DNA from: Selaginella moellendorffii
Taxonomy: Eukaryota > Plantae > Lycopodiophyta
Reading direction: 5' to 3'
NCBI RefSeq assembly: GCF_000143415.4
Contig: NW_003314412.1
Location: forward strand, 149,443 to 183,867
DNA: 34,425 nucleotides
Shown: positions 1-12,190 of the stretch, in pieces
How positions within the stretch are numbered: position 1 is the stretch's first letter
Layout: the number at the start of each line of letters is the position of its first letter
Made by a program: the position numbers and the translations under genes
Notes under the pieces: generated by a model
Databases searched by the model: none
Seen by the model: the letters and a program-made list of their open reading frames with translations, nothing else
Told to the model about the DNA's origin: nothing

Positions 1-1288
1 TAACCCTTTCCAATACATTATGGGCAACTCCAAGGAACTAAGGAACTAGGCTTAAGTTTAACATAATGAATCACCATTAAAAATCTAGTCGAAGCTATTA
101 CAATACTATTATATGTCAATAGATTACCTTCACTATCAACCACTTTAGGGTTGATCATCATTTAACCAAGCAACTTTGTAAACACATTACTCATTATTAC
201 ATGGATATGATATAAGTATCACAATGACTTAATCATCAATTGAGCAACACCATGAATAATGCATATGTCACTGCTACAAAGGATTATGGGAGTATCAAGT
301 ATCAACTTGACTCGACAAAATGCAACATAAATGCCATAGTCCACCGATAGAGATTTATAACACCCCGCACCACTAATTTTTATTCACAACATGGACAAGC
401 TCATGCCGCTCTCTTTCTGACCAAACTCAAAACTAATCCAACACCAAACTACTTAAGGAGTAATAGCAAGGTTCTCTGGAAAAGAGTTGAGCATTGCAAC
501 CCAAATCTTTCAATAGCAAGCTTAGACAAAATGGTATAGCTTTTCACTCCCATGACTCACCACTTATAAGACTATCATCTCTAACATGCATCAAGATAGA
601 GACTCTTGATTGCATACCGTGAACATGAGCAATGAGTTAACACCTCGTTGTAAATCATCTCTCCAAAAGAAAAGATGATTTACGTGTTTGATCCTTCATC
701 CCTGATAACTCTCTTTTTGGTCTTATCTTTGACCAAACCTCAAGCTTGCTTTCACACTACCTTCAATCCAATCTAAAAAAAGTTTATGAAAGAGCACAAC
801 AATGATTACTTGAATCAATAGACTCATCCCTACAATCTTGATTGATCCACTTATAATTATGCCTAGGAAGGATCCACTAGTGCCGTGCTAAATAGTTATG
901 GACCAGCCTATTTGCCACTCATAGCAAACCCAGGGAAGGTTTACCTTCACCCACAGTACTTGGAACAACTCATGGAACCACTGATAGGCTAATATTAATC
1001 TTGTCAACTCAAAGTGTAACCTTGAGCTGCTAATGTGCCTCACTCACAAGCCCAAGCAAAAACTTGTGCAAAATGGTACACCTCAAATCTATCCTATAAG
1101 CCCAAGAGCAAGCTCACATCATAAGGTACAACAAGGTAACCAAATCTATACCCAAGGAACAATTGTGAAGTCTTTACACCCATACGTGTACCCACTCAGA
1201 TCATTGTTTTCATCTCTATGTATGCAACAAAACTAGTTGCCCAATCTCATTAGATAGTACTCACCGAGACTCATCCTCTAATACCAAA
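1..1288 (-). mobile_element. Degenerate internal region (gag-protease) of LTR retrotransposon family B, probably Ty3/Gypsy
   Basis: Lies directly downstream (minus strand) of an LTR end and PBS. Minus strand ~281-310 reads QVDT*YSHN, resembling a decayed aspartic protease D(T/S)GxSHN motif. Many stops. Confidence 0.6.
1275..1286 (-). promoter_or_regulatory. Primer binding site (tRNA-iMet type)
   Basis: Minus strand TGGTATTAGAGG (canonical TGGTATCAGAG) two bases after the LTR end ...CATTACA at 1289. Confidence 0.75.
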
Positions 1289-1874
1289 TGTAATGCACAT
1301 GATTTTTACCCTTTATCCTATGGTGATTTACCATAGGATACCCTTATGTGCCACGTGTCACATGCCACGTGTCCATAGGACAGTGGTGTGGAACCTGAGG
1401 TTCAGGGCCTTGGGCCATTAAACAAAGGAACGGTGCCAAACTCCCAAGCATGGAGCTAAGGAGTGACAGAACTGGACCACGGAGCAACTCCTAACCATAC
1501 AGCCCAAGGAGTAAAAGGACAGAAGCCCGAAGCAACTTGGAATAGTCCTAGAGCAACTACCATCCCAATGCTAGGATCAGCATGCAAAACATAGTCAAAT
1601 GGAATTTTAGTGCTATTTCGGCATATTAATGGCCTAACGCAAGGACATGGGTACTCCACCAGCTAGCATGGTGTGGAATTTAGGCTTAAACCTAAGCTGG
1701 ACGCAAAACAAGGATAGGCACGCAAGTGGGAGTTAAACTAAAGTTAGTCGACTATGCCTACTATCCCTACTATATATTTGGAACCCCCCCCCATCCCCCC
1801 CCCCCCTTGAGGAACACATGCTTTGGGCTTTCACCCCAAGCCTCCCTTAGTATCAGGAGTTAGTCTCCAGGACA
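1289..1874 (-). mobile_element. 3' part of the 5' LTR of family B (remainder at 25006-25513)
   Basis: Colinear with 31028-31646 of the solo LTR; ends in CA on the minus strand next to a PBS. Confidence 0.85.
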
Positions 1875-2191
1875 ATAAAGAGAGAAAACTCTAAAAGCTA
1901 TTGAGAAGGATGGAGAGGTTTTTTCTTCATTTTCGAGATAACCCATCTCTTTCATTCTCTAAGAGTATAGTTTCTAAAAGTTTTTTATATCGGCATTTTA
2001 ATCTTTGTCTTAGCTCTATTTCTTTAGAGGCTGTGATTCTCAACGACACCAGTATAGTTGCATGTTTGAAATTTCTTCTTTCTGGTGTGGGTGAGGGTGG
2101 GCAACAATAGAATTTGCAAAATTCCAAGTTAAAGGAGATTCAAGTTTTTGAATCTCCAGTCAAAGTGCCAAGATGTGCTTCAGCCAAAGTG
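1875..2191 (+). pseudogene. Old MULE copy: 5' fragment of transposase gene
   Basis: Aligns by eye with ~18485-18801 (MERFFLHFRD... vs MERFLLHF*D...). Confidence 0.9.
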
Positions 2192-3150
2192 TGGGAGCAC
2201 ATGCAAGCAACCATGATTCCAGTTCTGTCCTGGTGACAGTGTCCATAAAGTGACCATACATCACGTCTCCGGTCGAGGTTTCCATGGCCACCACCCCAAA
2301 TCTAGGATCAAAACTTCCCCTCACTTCATCCTTTCTAGCGTTGGCCTTGTGCTCAGTGATTGCCTCCTCCACAACACACATGATATAGCTGCTAAGACAA
2401 ATAGGTCCATCCCTTTCCCTGCTCTCTTCTCCCCCAAGAAACTCCCCGGCCTCAAGCATGGCCTTGGTATATAGCACCGAGAGATCTCTCGAGAATGGGC
2501 CAGCCTTGTTTGTCCTCTGAGCTTTGATAGACGCTTTCTCGGTCTGCTTGACAACGCCAACTTTGTAGCCAGCTTCCACACGCCTTCTCACATGTACGTG
2601 CAGCCAGAACGTTGGAACGCTGGCAGTGAGAAAGTTGTGGCTGTAGTAAGCAATGATTCCCAAAACATTGGCTGCTTTCTCCACATCCTCTCTGAAAAAT
2701 CGAAACTTGTATCCCACCTCGACCATGAGAAGGATGTCTGGGAATTTCTTCTTGAGCTCCACAATCTGCTGCTCCAGAGGAGTAAGCTTCTCCTTCCCTG
2801 ATGGCGGCTTTCCATAAAAGGAGGAATTTCCACCACTGCCATCCTTGTTCCCCTCTCCAAGAAGAACATCTACAAACTTTCTACGCCTGTCTTTAATTGC
2901 TTCCCCCGATATTCTGCAATCAGCATCCTTCCCATCACCCGACCCGGCGTCTACATCTAAATTCAAGCACCGTTTCTTACTTGCGCTGGCCACATTCTCG
3001 GCTGATCGCCTGAGATGATGCGGCAATGGCCACACAAGTGTGGGAGCCTGCGATGCATCGGTCTCACCTCGCTTGAAGAAGCTGGGGATGATCGCCTGGC
3101 CCTTGGCGGCGGCAGCGCCCTCGTCCTTTCTCTTTCCCTTATAAACCCTA
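2192..3150 (-). pseudogene. MSH3: MSH3 (MutS homolog 3) N-terminal fragment, 3'-truncated
   Basis: PIP-box-like QAIIPSFF; MutS domain I KLTPLEQQIVELKKKFPDILLMVEVGYKFRFF; AGYKVGVVKQTE; connector GVVAMETSTGDVMYGHFMD. Breaks off at LLACAP and runs into MULE sequence. Confidence 0.88.
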
Positions 3151-3194
3151 AGATTCTTGCCTGGATCTTCAAGCCCAACAATATTATGGATACC

Positions 3195-3830
3195 TACAGC
3201 CACCACCCCAAATCTAGCACCCAGCTGCTAAGACAAATTGGTCCATCTCTTTCACCGCCCTCTTCTCCTCCCAGAAACTCCTTAGCCTCAAGCATGGCTT
3301 TGGTATATAGAGAGAATGGGCCAGTCTTGTGTCTTGGTACGCCAACTTTGTAGCCAACTTCCACAAGCCTTCCCATACAGGCAACCGGAATGAGAAAGCA
3401 GCCAATTGTCTTAGAATTTGCTTATCATAGCCACAGCTTTCTCACTGCCAGCGTTCCAACATTCTGCCACATCCTCTCCAAAAAATTGAAACTTTGTATC
3501 CCACCTCAACAATGAGAAGAGTGTCTAGAAATTTCTTCCTAAGCTCCACAGTCTGCTGCTACAGAGGAGTAAGCTTCTCCTTTCCTGATGGCAACTTTCC
3601 ATCACAGGAGGAATTTCCATTAGAAGCATCCTGTCCCCAAGAAGAACAATTACAAAATTTCTATACCTGTGTGCTTGCAAGAGGATTTAGATGTAGAAGC
3701 CAGGTTGGGCAATCGGAAGGATGCTGATTGTGAAATATCAGGGGTATTGATTGGCTGCATTCTCAGCTGGTCGTTTAAGAAGACACGGTGGTGGAGCTTG
3801 TGATGCATCATTCTTGAAGTAGCTGGTGGC
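3195..3830 (-). pseudogene. MSH3: Second, deleted and rearranged MSH3 fragment
   Basis: Repeats VEVGYKVGV, LYTKAMLEA.EFLGGEE, RDGPICLS with deletions; internal inverted block ~3393-3466. Confidence 0.8.
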
Positions 3831-3999
3831 GGCAGTGTTCCCATTACTTAGTATATATATTATAAGATTCTTATATTACTTTATTAGATAATATTATTTG
3901 TAGGTGAACCATATATTAGGTGGTGGTGGCAGTGCTCCCATTACTTAATATATATATATTATAAGATTCTTATATTATTTATTAGATAATATTATTTGT
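3825..3999. repeat. Two-copy direct repeat (~77 bp, period ~97 bp) at a GC-to-AT transition
   Basis: ggtggcggcagtgttcccattactta...ataagattcttatatt...attagataatattatttg occurs at ~3825-3901 and ~3922-3999. Confidence 0.8.
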
Positions 4000-4075
4000 G
4001 TGCCCTTTTTAACCACTATAAAATTGTTATCAATCATTTAGTGTTAGCTTACTTGCTACACTAGATCTAAGTGAG

Positions 4076-5395
4076 ATGGGAACTCTTTGGCTAACTATTT
4101 TCATGTTGTATTTGCTAGCTATTATTGTTAGTTATTGCAATAGTAAAATTTCTGCAATATTTATCTTTGGAGACTCATTGGTAGATTATGGAAATAACAA
4201 TTACATTTTAAGCACTTATGCAAAAGCCAATTTTCCTCCCTGTGGAAGGGATTTCCCTAGTGGAGCAACAGGGAGATTTTCAAATGGAAATCTCATTCCA
4301 GATCTTATTAGTAAATTTCTATGGTTTAATTGATGTCAATGAAGTGTTTAAATTTGTTCATTTTCAGCTTCATATTTGAATCTTCCACTAGTTCAACCAT
4401 TTTTGTCACCCACAAAGAATATACAGCAAGGTGTAAATTATGGAAGTGCTGGATGTGGATTGTTCAATACTACTGGAAATACATTTGTAAGTTTGTTTAA
4501 AGATAATTCTTTTAATTTTTAATTATTTGTTTAGAGAATCTTTCCAAGCCAAAATTATCCACGACCTATCTATCTACAAGTGCAAAATTTTATTGAAGAT
4601 AAACATACACTCATATCTCAAATTGGTCTAAATGCAACACTAAACATTATAAACAAGTCTATGTTTTATATAACATATGGATCTAATGATATAGCTAATA
4701 ATTATTATGAACCTGGTTCTTCTTTGCCAAGTCAATACACAATCTTAGAGTTTATTGACATTTTGATGCAACTTTATGATACTCAAATTCGGGTAAACAT
4801 AACTCATAACTTTAAACTATTATATGATCTCTTTTTTTATGTTTTAGGTTTTATATCAAGAAGGAGCACGCAAAATTGTAATTGCATCCTTATTTCCACT
4901 AGGTTGCAGCACACTCTTTTTGATCAGATACAATGTTACCCAACCTAGTCAATGCGTAGATCTATTTAACAAAGCAGCAACACAGTTTAACTGCAAGCTT
5001 AACTTAGTTTTATCTTATCTTAGATTAAATTTACCAGGACTTAACATTTTATATGCAGACTCTTACACTATACCACTTGATATTGTTCAAAATCCTCAAT
5101 CATATGGTAAAATTCTATTAAAGCAAAAGAATTTATTGATAAATTTTAATCACAAAAAATTGTAACAGGCTTCACAATTCCTAATGTTGGATGTTGCAAC
5201 TTCATAGGACCCAATGAAAATACTTTAGTGACAGAATGTTTACCTTTGGCTCCATCTTGTTTAGATCCAAGAAAGTATGTTTATTGGGATCAAGTTCATC
5301 CTACCTCTAAAACTTATAACATTCTTGCTAATCTATTTTGGAATGGAAGTGATTATATATATCCTATCAATATCCAGCAATTAGTTGCTAAATAA
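4076..5395 (+). CDS. GDSL esterase/lipase with signal peptide; 5 exons (4076-4310, 4368-4486, 4535-4792, 4848-5106, 5169-5395), 365 aa, apparently intact
   Basis: Block [31 protein letters not shown], block III GSND, block V YWDQVHP. All introns GT-AG; spliced length 1098 nt stays in frame with no stop. Confidence 0.95.
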
Positions 5396-6514
5396 TAAAA
5401 TTCTGTTGATAAAATTATAGAATAAAATTTTAAAATGAAACATTTTAAAGTAATTTATAAATATCCTAAATACTATATTATGATAATGTTTATGTTAAAT
5501 GTTTTACTTAAAATAATAACTAGCAACATAAACATATTAATTAATCATGATTTATATGTTTTAGAATTTAAAAATTATCTAATAATTTAAGAGCACTAGA
5601 TTATGTACAAAATAGTTTTACTTCTATTTTCTTCACCATTACTACCACTATAATTTTAAAGATAAAATAACTCTTAATGAATTAAATAAGAAGTAACACT
5701 AATTTTCCATAGATAAAAATAGTGTTATCCCACTAAATTAATAGTAAACATTTCTCCTATAAACCCTACAAATAAAATTTATTTAGTTAAATTTATTTTA
5801 AAATTTTTGAATTCACCTATATCAAGCTATGTATATTTTTGGATTTTACTTAGTTAATCTTTGGTTTTTTCTTGATGTTGGTTCAAATAAATAATTTAGT
5901 AACTTTTTATTATATAATTAGGAAGAAACTATGATTTGTTGTTTAAAATTTAATTACAATAAATATGAAAAATATTAAATGTTTTTATTTATAAAAAATC
6001 TTTATTATTTAAAACGTTAACTAATCCAAATCCTATTATATAAATTTCATGTTTTACTGTAGATAAGGAGTTATATCAACTTATAGTTATTTTGGGTTTA
6101 GCAAAATATGTAATAAAAGGTAATTATGGATAAAATAATTGGTCATTTGAAGGTTGTTTTAAGTATATAAATTATAATTTATTGAGTTCTTTTTATAATA
6201 GAAAATATAAATAATATATACTTATTTTTATTATAAATTAAATAGGAGTTTTGATAATTCATAGAAATCTAAAAATTAAATAAATTTTATTAAAACCGTC
6301 ACATTATTAGTAAAACATAGTTCCTTGGTTACTAAACATCACAATATTTAAGTAATCAAATTTTCTAAAATCTAATTAATTTATACACATAACAAACAAT
6401 AGGAAAAACATAATCGAGATACTATTGTTATATAGTATACTGCTTGTCTCAAAAAAAAAAGTGCTCTTTACTTTTGTCTTTAAATAGTAACTTCTAAAGT
6501 GACTAACAAAGTTA

Positions 6515-7075
6515 AACCTGATACCATTTTGATATCAAATGTAAACTTTTGAAATTAAATTTCATAGGAAATCATCCAACTCAATATTATTCAAACCCAA
6601 AAATGTTTAACGCTAAATATTTCAAGACCTTAACATATTAAAAGAAGAGGTGCACTCTTATTTATATTCCCTCTATATATAAACTTTTATGGATATTTTC
6701 TCAAGTTGTTCTCTTTGGTTGTTTATAATTTAAAACACTTTCCTACAAATTCACACATTTGTGAATGGAAGTTAAAAGTTGCAAGTCTCTCGAGCACTTT
6801 ACTCTTTTGACAATTTACTTCTTAAATTGAGCCTAACTGAAGGTAAATTAAACTTTCCAGATATCAATTTCAACATATGATATGATTCCTTTAGCCAACA
6901 ACTAGAGTTGGACTTGAAATTGTTTTAATACCAAATGTAAGTTTTTGAATTTAAACTTCCTGGGAAGTCACCCAACTTAGTAGTATTTAAATTCAAAGAT
7001 ATTTAACCCTAAATATCCTAAGACCTTTAACTAATTAAAAAAGGAGGTGCACTCTTGTTCATAAACCCTTTCCCT
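6515..7075 (-). repeat. Two diverged ~140 bp direct repeats (period ~396 bp), each next to a PBS-like motif; possible LTR/TRIM relic
   Basis: tgtaa...aggtgcactctt at ~6540-6660 and ~6936-7056; preceded by (c)tgatacca or taatacca, which read TGGTAT on the minus strand. Confidence 0.45.
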
Positions 7076-7699
7076 CTATTTCTCAAATCATTTTTTTTAG
7101 TTGCTTACACTTTGTTATGGTACTACAATAGCTATATTGAGGTGAATACAAGCAAGGCTGCACATTCACTTTGCCATAATTACTATGGTACCACTCTTGA
7201 CATGAGTTTCAAAAGATCCAAAATTGGGTATATTATCATTACAATACATCCCAGTTTTGGACAGCTTTCAGCTCATGCAAATCATAAGGATCAATGCAAA
7301 TCCCATAATCCCTCCTTTTCCTTCTCCCCAAAGTTCTCTTTCACTTTTTCTTCCTCTTCTTCATCTTTATTTCTTCACTTATTTTGTCACTACAGTGAGC
7401 AGCTTACATGCTTAAGATCTTTGGAACTTCAAGCGAAAGAAAGGAAACTTTTTTTCTCTTGGTTTTGCTACTAGATGTCTTTATAACACTTTGAGGAGTA
7501 GTAAGAATATTTAAGATCCTATAATATTCTATTGCAGGTGCCATAGCGTAAGAAAGAGAGAGCACAAGATATGGACATGAATCTGTAGAAAGGTGCTCGT
7601 TGAGAGCTACCTAATCAGACATCCATTACAAACCATGGTCAGTACTCAGACTGAGAGTGTATGGAGCGAATATACTTGATGGGCCGCCCAATCACGCGA

Positions 7700-9119
7700 A
7701 TGGCGAGGTCCGTGCTCGTGATAAACTCTGGCAGCTCATCGATCAAGTGAGTAAAGATTTTTGTGAAGAAAGAGTTCCTCTAGAGGGTCAGGTATGCCCT
7801 GTATCATCTGGGAAGAGTGGCTTCTTGCATTTTCCAGGGCAGTGTGGAAGGCATTGGAACTTCCAAGAGCTCCATCTCCCACAAGAGCATCTCCACTGCC
7901 CAAGATCTAAAAATCATGGTATTTGTGTTCCAGCAATCTTAAAGCCTTTGTACATGGATAGCTAGGTTGCTAATAGTTTTTGGTTTTCTTCCAGGGAAAA
8001 TGTATTGGAGACCACGAAGCTGGTCTCAAGAAAGTGATGGATTTGCTCCAGCAGCCACAAAACGTTTGCGCTGTTGGGCACCGAGTTGTTCACGGCGGCG
8101 AGCAATTTAGCAAACCAACGTATATAACTCAAGAGGTGAAGAAAGCAATCGAGAGGGCTGTTCCTCTAGCTCCACTTCACAATCCAGCAAACTTGGAGGT
8201 AACAAATCTTAACTTTCTTTTTTCCAAAAGGAAAAATCCATTTTTTTGTCCCATTTTTTCTCCAACCTTTCTCTTAAAAAGATCACAAAAACTTTCCAGG
8301 GAATTCGAGTTGCTGAGGAGCTCTTCCACTGCCCCCACGTAGCCGTCTTTGACACTCCACCATCCCCCGGCCGTCGTACACGTACGAAATACCCTGGAAG
8401 CTGTACGAAGAGCTGGGCGTACGGCGCTATGGCTTCCACGGGACAAGCTACCAGTTTCTTCTTGGCAAGGCCTCCTGCGCCCTTGGAAGGCCAGCGCTGG
8501 AACTTAATTTCATCGCCTTCCATCTTGGCGCTGGAGCGAGCGTGTGTCACGGGCAATCGATTGACACAAGCATGGGAATGACTCCGCTCGAAGGTTTAGT
8601 AATGGCTACTCGGAGTGGCGGTGTTGATCCGGCGATCTGGCCCTTCTCGCAGTGCACAAATCCATGGGCTTGGCCGAGATCGATGCTTTGCTCAACAAGG
8701 AGAGTGGGATCTATGGGATTTGCAGAGACAAAGATTTGAAAGAAGTTGTTCAGGCCGCGGATAGTTCCGACAAGCACAGGCTAGCACTGGAGGTGTACGT
8801 CCACCGTATAAGGAAGTATCTGGGAGCGTACATTGTTGATCTCGAGGGGAAAGTTGACGTGCTGGTGTTTAGCGGTGGCGTTGGCGAGAGGTCGGCTAAA
8901 ATCCGGTCCATGGTTTGCGAGAGGCTGGAGGCTTTTGGAATCCAGGTTGACGAGGAGAAAAATGGTAAAAGCTTGAGAGAGATCCACAAGGATGGTTCGA
9001 GGATCAAGGTTTTGGTGATACCGACCAACGAGCAGCTTTGTATTGCGCAGCAAACTCGCGAGGTTTTGGAGAGTTTAGAATCTCCAGTTTGTGAGAAGAA
9101 AACTACGAGTGGGGGATAG
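7700..9119 (+). pseudogene. ackA: Acetate kinase, intron-containing, with frameshifting micro-deletions
   Basis: [93 protein letters not shown]. Three GT-AG introns (~7747-7791, ~7919-7994, ~8199-8299). Frame breaks near 8355-8390, 8540 and 8640. Confidence 0.92.
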
Positions 9120-9491
9120 GATTCACTAGAAAACTTTGAATGATCTTGGTTGTAAATAGAATGGATTGATTGAAGTTATAAGAGAACAAAAGTTATCGCT
9201 ACATGGTCTTTTAAGTAAAACTACTGAAAACCATACTCCTCTACTATAGCTTGATCTCTTCGCTTCGAATTGCAACCATCAACGAATTGGCAAGGAGAAC
9301 GCTGGATTCTTTGATCTTCTCGAGCATCACATCAGCTGCAAGAACCAATTTGATAAGTTTTTGACGACAAGTTTATGACGTGAGACTGATAGACAGGACT
9401 TACACATGATTTGTCTTAGCTGAGTTATCACCATCTGTATAGATCACAAGAACTCGGTTGAGATAGAAGCAAAGCAATGAACAAATGCGAC

Positions 9492-9995
9492 TTATGGATT
9501 TCCAGGAGGGCCCTGTTGTTGTTGTTGCTGCTGCGGCTGCTGCTGTGCTGGATTGTAGCCTCCAGGATTGCTTCCTCCACCTGGGTTGTATCCATTGTTG
9601 TTCCCAGTATTATATCTGCTCGCCGGATTAAAACCTCCACCTCCGGCACCTGAGGAAGGATTGCTAAAACCTCCCTGGCTTGGATTGTTAAATCCTCCTG
9701 GACTACTTCCTGAACCACCACTATTGCTTCCCAGATTGTTGAAGCCTCCTGGACTATTGCCTGGACCACCACTGTTGCTTCCTGGATTGTTGATCCTTCG
9801 GGATTGTTACCCCCAGAGCTAAATCCAGTTGAAGTGTTTCCAGCACCAAACCCACTAGGATTACTTCCATAGCCTCCACCTGCATTTCCTTCTGGACTAG
9901 GAGACCACCCCGGATTTCTACCTTGTGCACTAAAACCACCTGGACTGTTTCCGGGATTTGAGCCAAAACCTGAGTTAAATCCCTTTGGATTGCTC
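9492..9995 (-). pseudogene. 3' end of an unknown gene encoding a G/N/S/P-rich low-complexity tail ending in poly-Q
   Basis: Reads ...GGFNNPSQGGFSNP...GGYNPAQQQPQQQQQQQGPPGNP* with one frameshift near 9793; 5' end cut by the junction at 9995. Confidence 0.55.
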
Positions 9996-11008
9996 ATGTG
10001 AAGCAAGAGTTAATCATTATCCTTTTGTCCTCTTTTAGTTCAAGTGGACAAGTCATGCTAGTGTTGGTGTCGAATTCACCAGCTCCAGCTCTAGCTCCAA
10101 CTTTAGCAATATTCAAAGTTGTTAGCAATGCTTTCTAGTTTTCATGCCTCTCAATCGATGTACATTTATTTTTGTATAGGCTCGTGAGTGAGCTTCCATC
10201 CTTCTACAACAGCAACATTTTCTTCGAGCTACCACATCTTGTCAGCAGCATAGGTTTTAAATGGAAAGGGATGGAAACTAAGCAAGATGTTCACAATTGG
10301 TGCAAGATCAAGACCATACACTTTCAACATTTTGAAGACACAGTGTCTATAGTTCATTGTGGTGGGCATTTAGATTGCATGGATGAAGCATGTAATTCAG
10401 ATTATTGTAGGAATTCTATATTTTTTCAAGGGTTTGCAGTCAATCCTCCAGCCTATGACACCATTGCTATTAAATTCAAGTGTCGATTCTGCAAAAACAC
10501 TCCTCTATGTTGTGCTATCTTCAAGGCCAAGATGTACTACTTTCTTCTATTAGATGGAGTGGTTGGAAGAGTTGCAGTATTTGTTAGCACACACATGCAT
10601 CCAATGCAGGAAGGGATATGAAGGAGTTTTTTCAACCATTTCAAAGATGTTATGCATTAAGAGACTATAAGAAATTCATTTGCAACTTGAAAGAATGTTT
10701 AAAAGATAGTTCTTAAGGATTTTATAGCAAATACCTTACTTAGGTTGCCAAAAGACTTAATTAAATGATACTACAAGGAGTACAACTGGTACTAGCCTAA
10801 GGAGGTATGTCCATTATATTTCGTACGTTATAATAATATCTTTTCTTACATTATATTGTTTAGGATAAAATCTTGGATGTGTGAATCTAGAGAGGGGAAG
10901 TTGCAATAAAAAATTGACTCCATCCTTAAATTGAAAAGGACCTATCTATATAAGTTCATCCATGAAAGTTTATTTCCAGACCAAGTTATGAATGAGCAAA
11001 AGTGCCTC
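9996..11008 (+). pseudogene. Old MULE copy: transposase, second segment
   Basis: Colinear with 18803-19920 (WKGMETKQDVHNWCKIKT...STHMHPMQEGI); resumes where 2191 stopped. Confidence 0.92.
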
Positions 11009-11151
11009 TGTAAGGAACCAACTCCCTCGAGGTGTCAAAGGCTAAAGGATCCCTGAAAGCATAACCGAAATGATAAGGAGTTCATCGGATGAGACCGAGT
11101 CTAAGATCGAGTTTGAGAACAACTCTAAAACCAAGTTCAAGACTAAGTCCG
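11009..11151 (+). mobile_element. 5' fragment of LTR family A
   Basis: Starts TGTAAGGAAC and matches 29590-29730. Confidence 0.85.
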
Positions 11152-12006
11152 AAAACTATATTATTTTATTATGACAACTATTACAGCTGTCATATTTGAT
11201 TTGACTACTTAATATTTTGAATACTTTTACAGCTGTAGATACTATTCCTTCATTCAAAAGATTTTTTAGGGTTCTTGAGAAGATGGGAAGCAAGGAAAAT
11301 ACAAGATCTGTGAGTAAGAGTTGTAGTGCAAAGGAATGTGAGAATGTTAATTTTGTTTCACTACCACAATCTCCATATTACACTCCTGGTCCTTATTACC
11401 CATTTGGGAATGTGAAGACCACTATCACAATTGATAAAAATGCTCTTGTTACTTCTGAAACAACAGTCTAGAGCAAGAGAAATGAAGAAATGAATAGCAC
11501 AGCGGAAAGCACCAAGAAATCTACTCCATAAAACTTTCCATGACATTTGTAATTTATATATTAATTCATATTAAAAACTCTATTGCTTGCCTATATCGCA
11601 ATCCTCTCATATGATAAGATCAAGGTATATTTTGCAGTGAATCCTCATTAAAATTTTTTGGGAATTGTTTGTAAATAATGATAAAAGAAATCAAAATCTT
11701 TCGAAAGACTCAAAAGTAATATCACATCAAAGAATCAACTTTATCTACATTTCCAAGACTGAAAGGCATTCTCACATGAGAGAATGGTAGTGTGCCAACA
11801 TGCTCTACCACTATAATGTGGTCTATATTTCCTTGCAATTTATTTCCCTAGACATTTGGCATGTGTAGAAAAGAATATATGTGTAGCAAAGTAGGATTCA
11901 TCATAATGATAGAGCATGTGTATACATGATAATCTAAAATTCTAGAAGCTCTTATGTTTACAAGAAAGCTATGATTATGAAGCCCCATTTCCAAGACTAA
12001 CATTTA

Positions 12007-12102
12007 AAGAATCTAAGTATTGTCAGTGTCATAATAAATAAACCTCATTCCCAAGAATCTGAGTATTGTCAGTGTCATAATAAATAAACCTCATTCCCAA
12101 GA
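12007..12102. repeat. 46-bp tandem duplication
   Basis: aagaatct(a/g)agtattgtcagtgtcataataaataaacctcattccc twice. Confidence 0.9.
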
Positions 12103-12190
12103 CTAAAACTTAGTATATAAACTATCTAGAAAAGTTATAGTCATTGTAGGTTTTTTGTTCTCCTTGAGCTCCTTAGAAATTTATATTGAA

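Noticed and set aside
1289-1874. Complete 586-bp LTR with TG...CA ends
   Set aside because: The CA at 1874 is internal in the TSD-bounded 1130-bp solo LTR; it is an inversion breakpoint.
2160-3206. Intact 348-aa MSH3 gene
   Set aside because: Both ends are chimeric (rearranged duplicate at the start, antisense MULE at the end) and the ATPase domain is absent.
7055-7474. 139-aa ORF
   Set aside because: It has a TTG start, low-complexity F/S composition and no recognisable motif.
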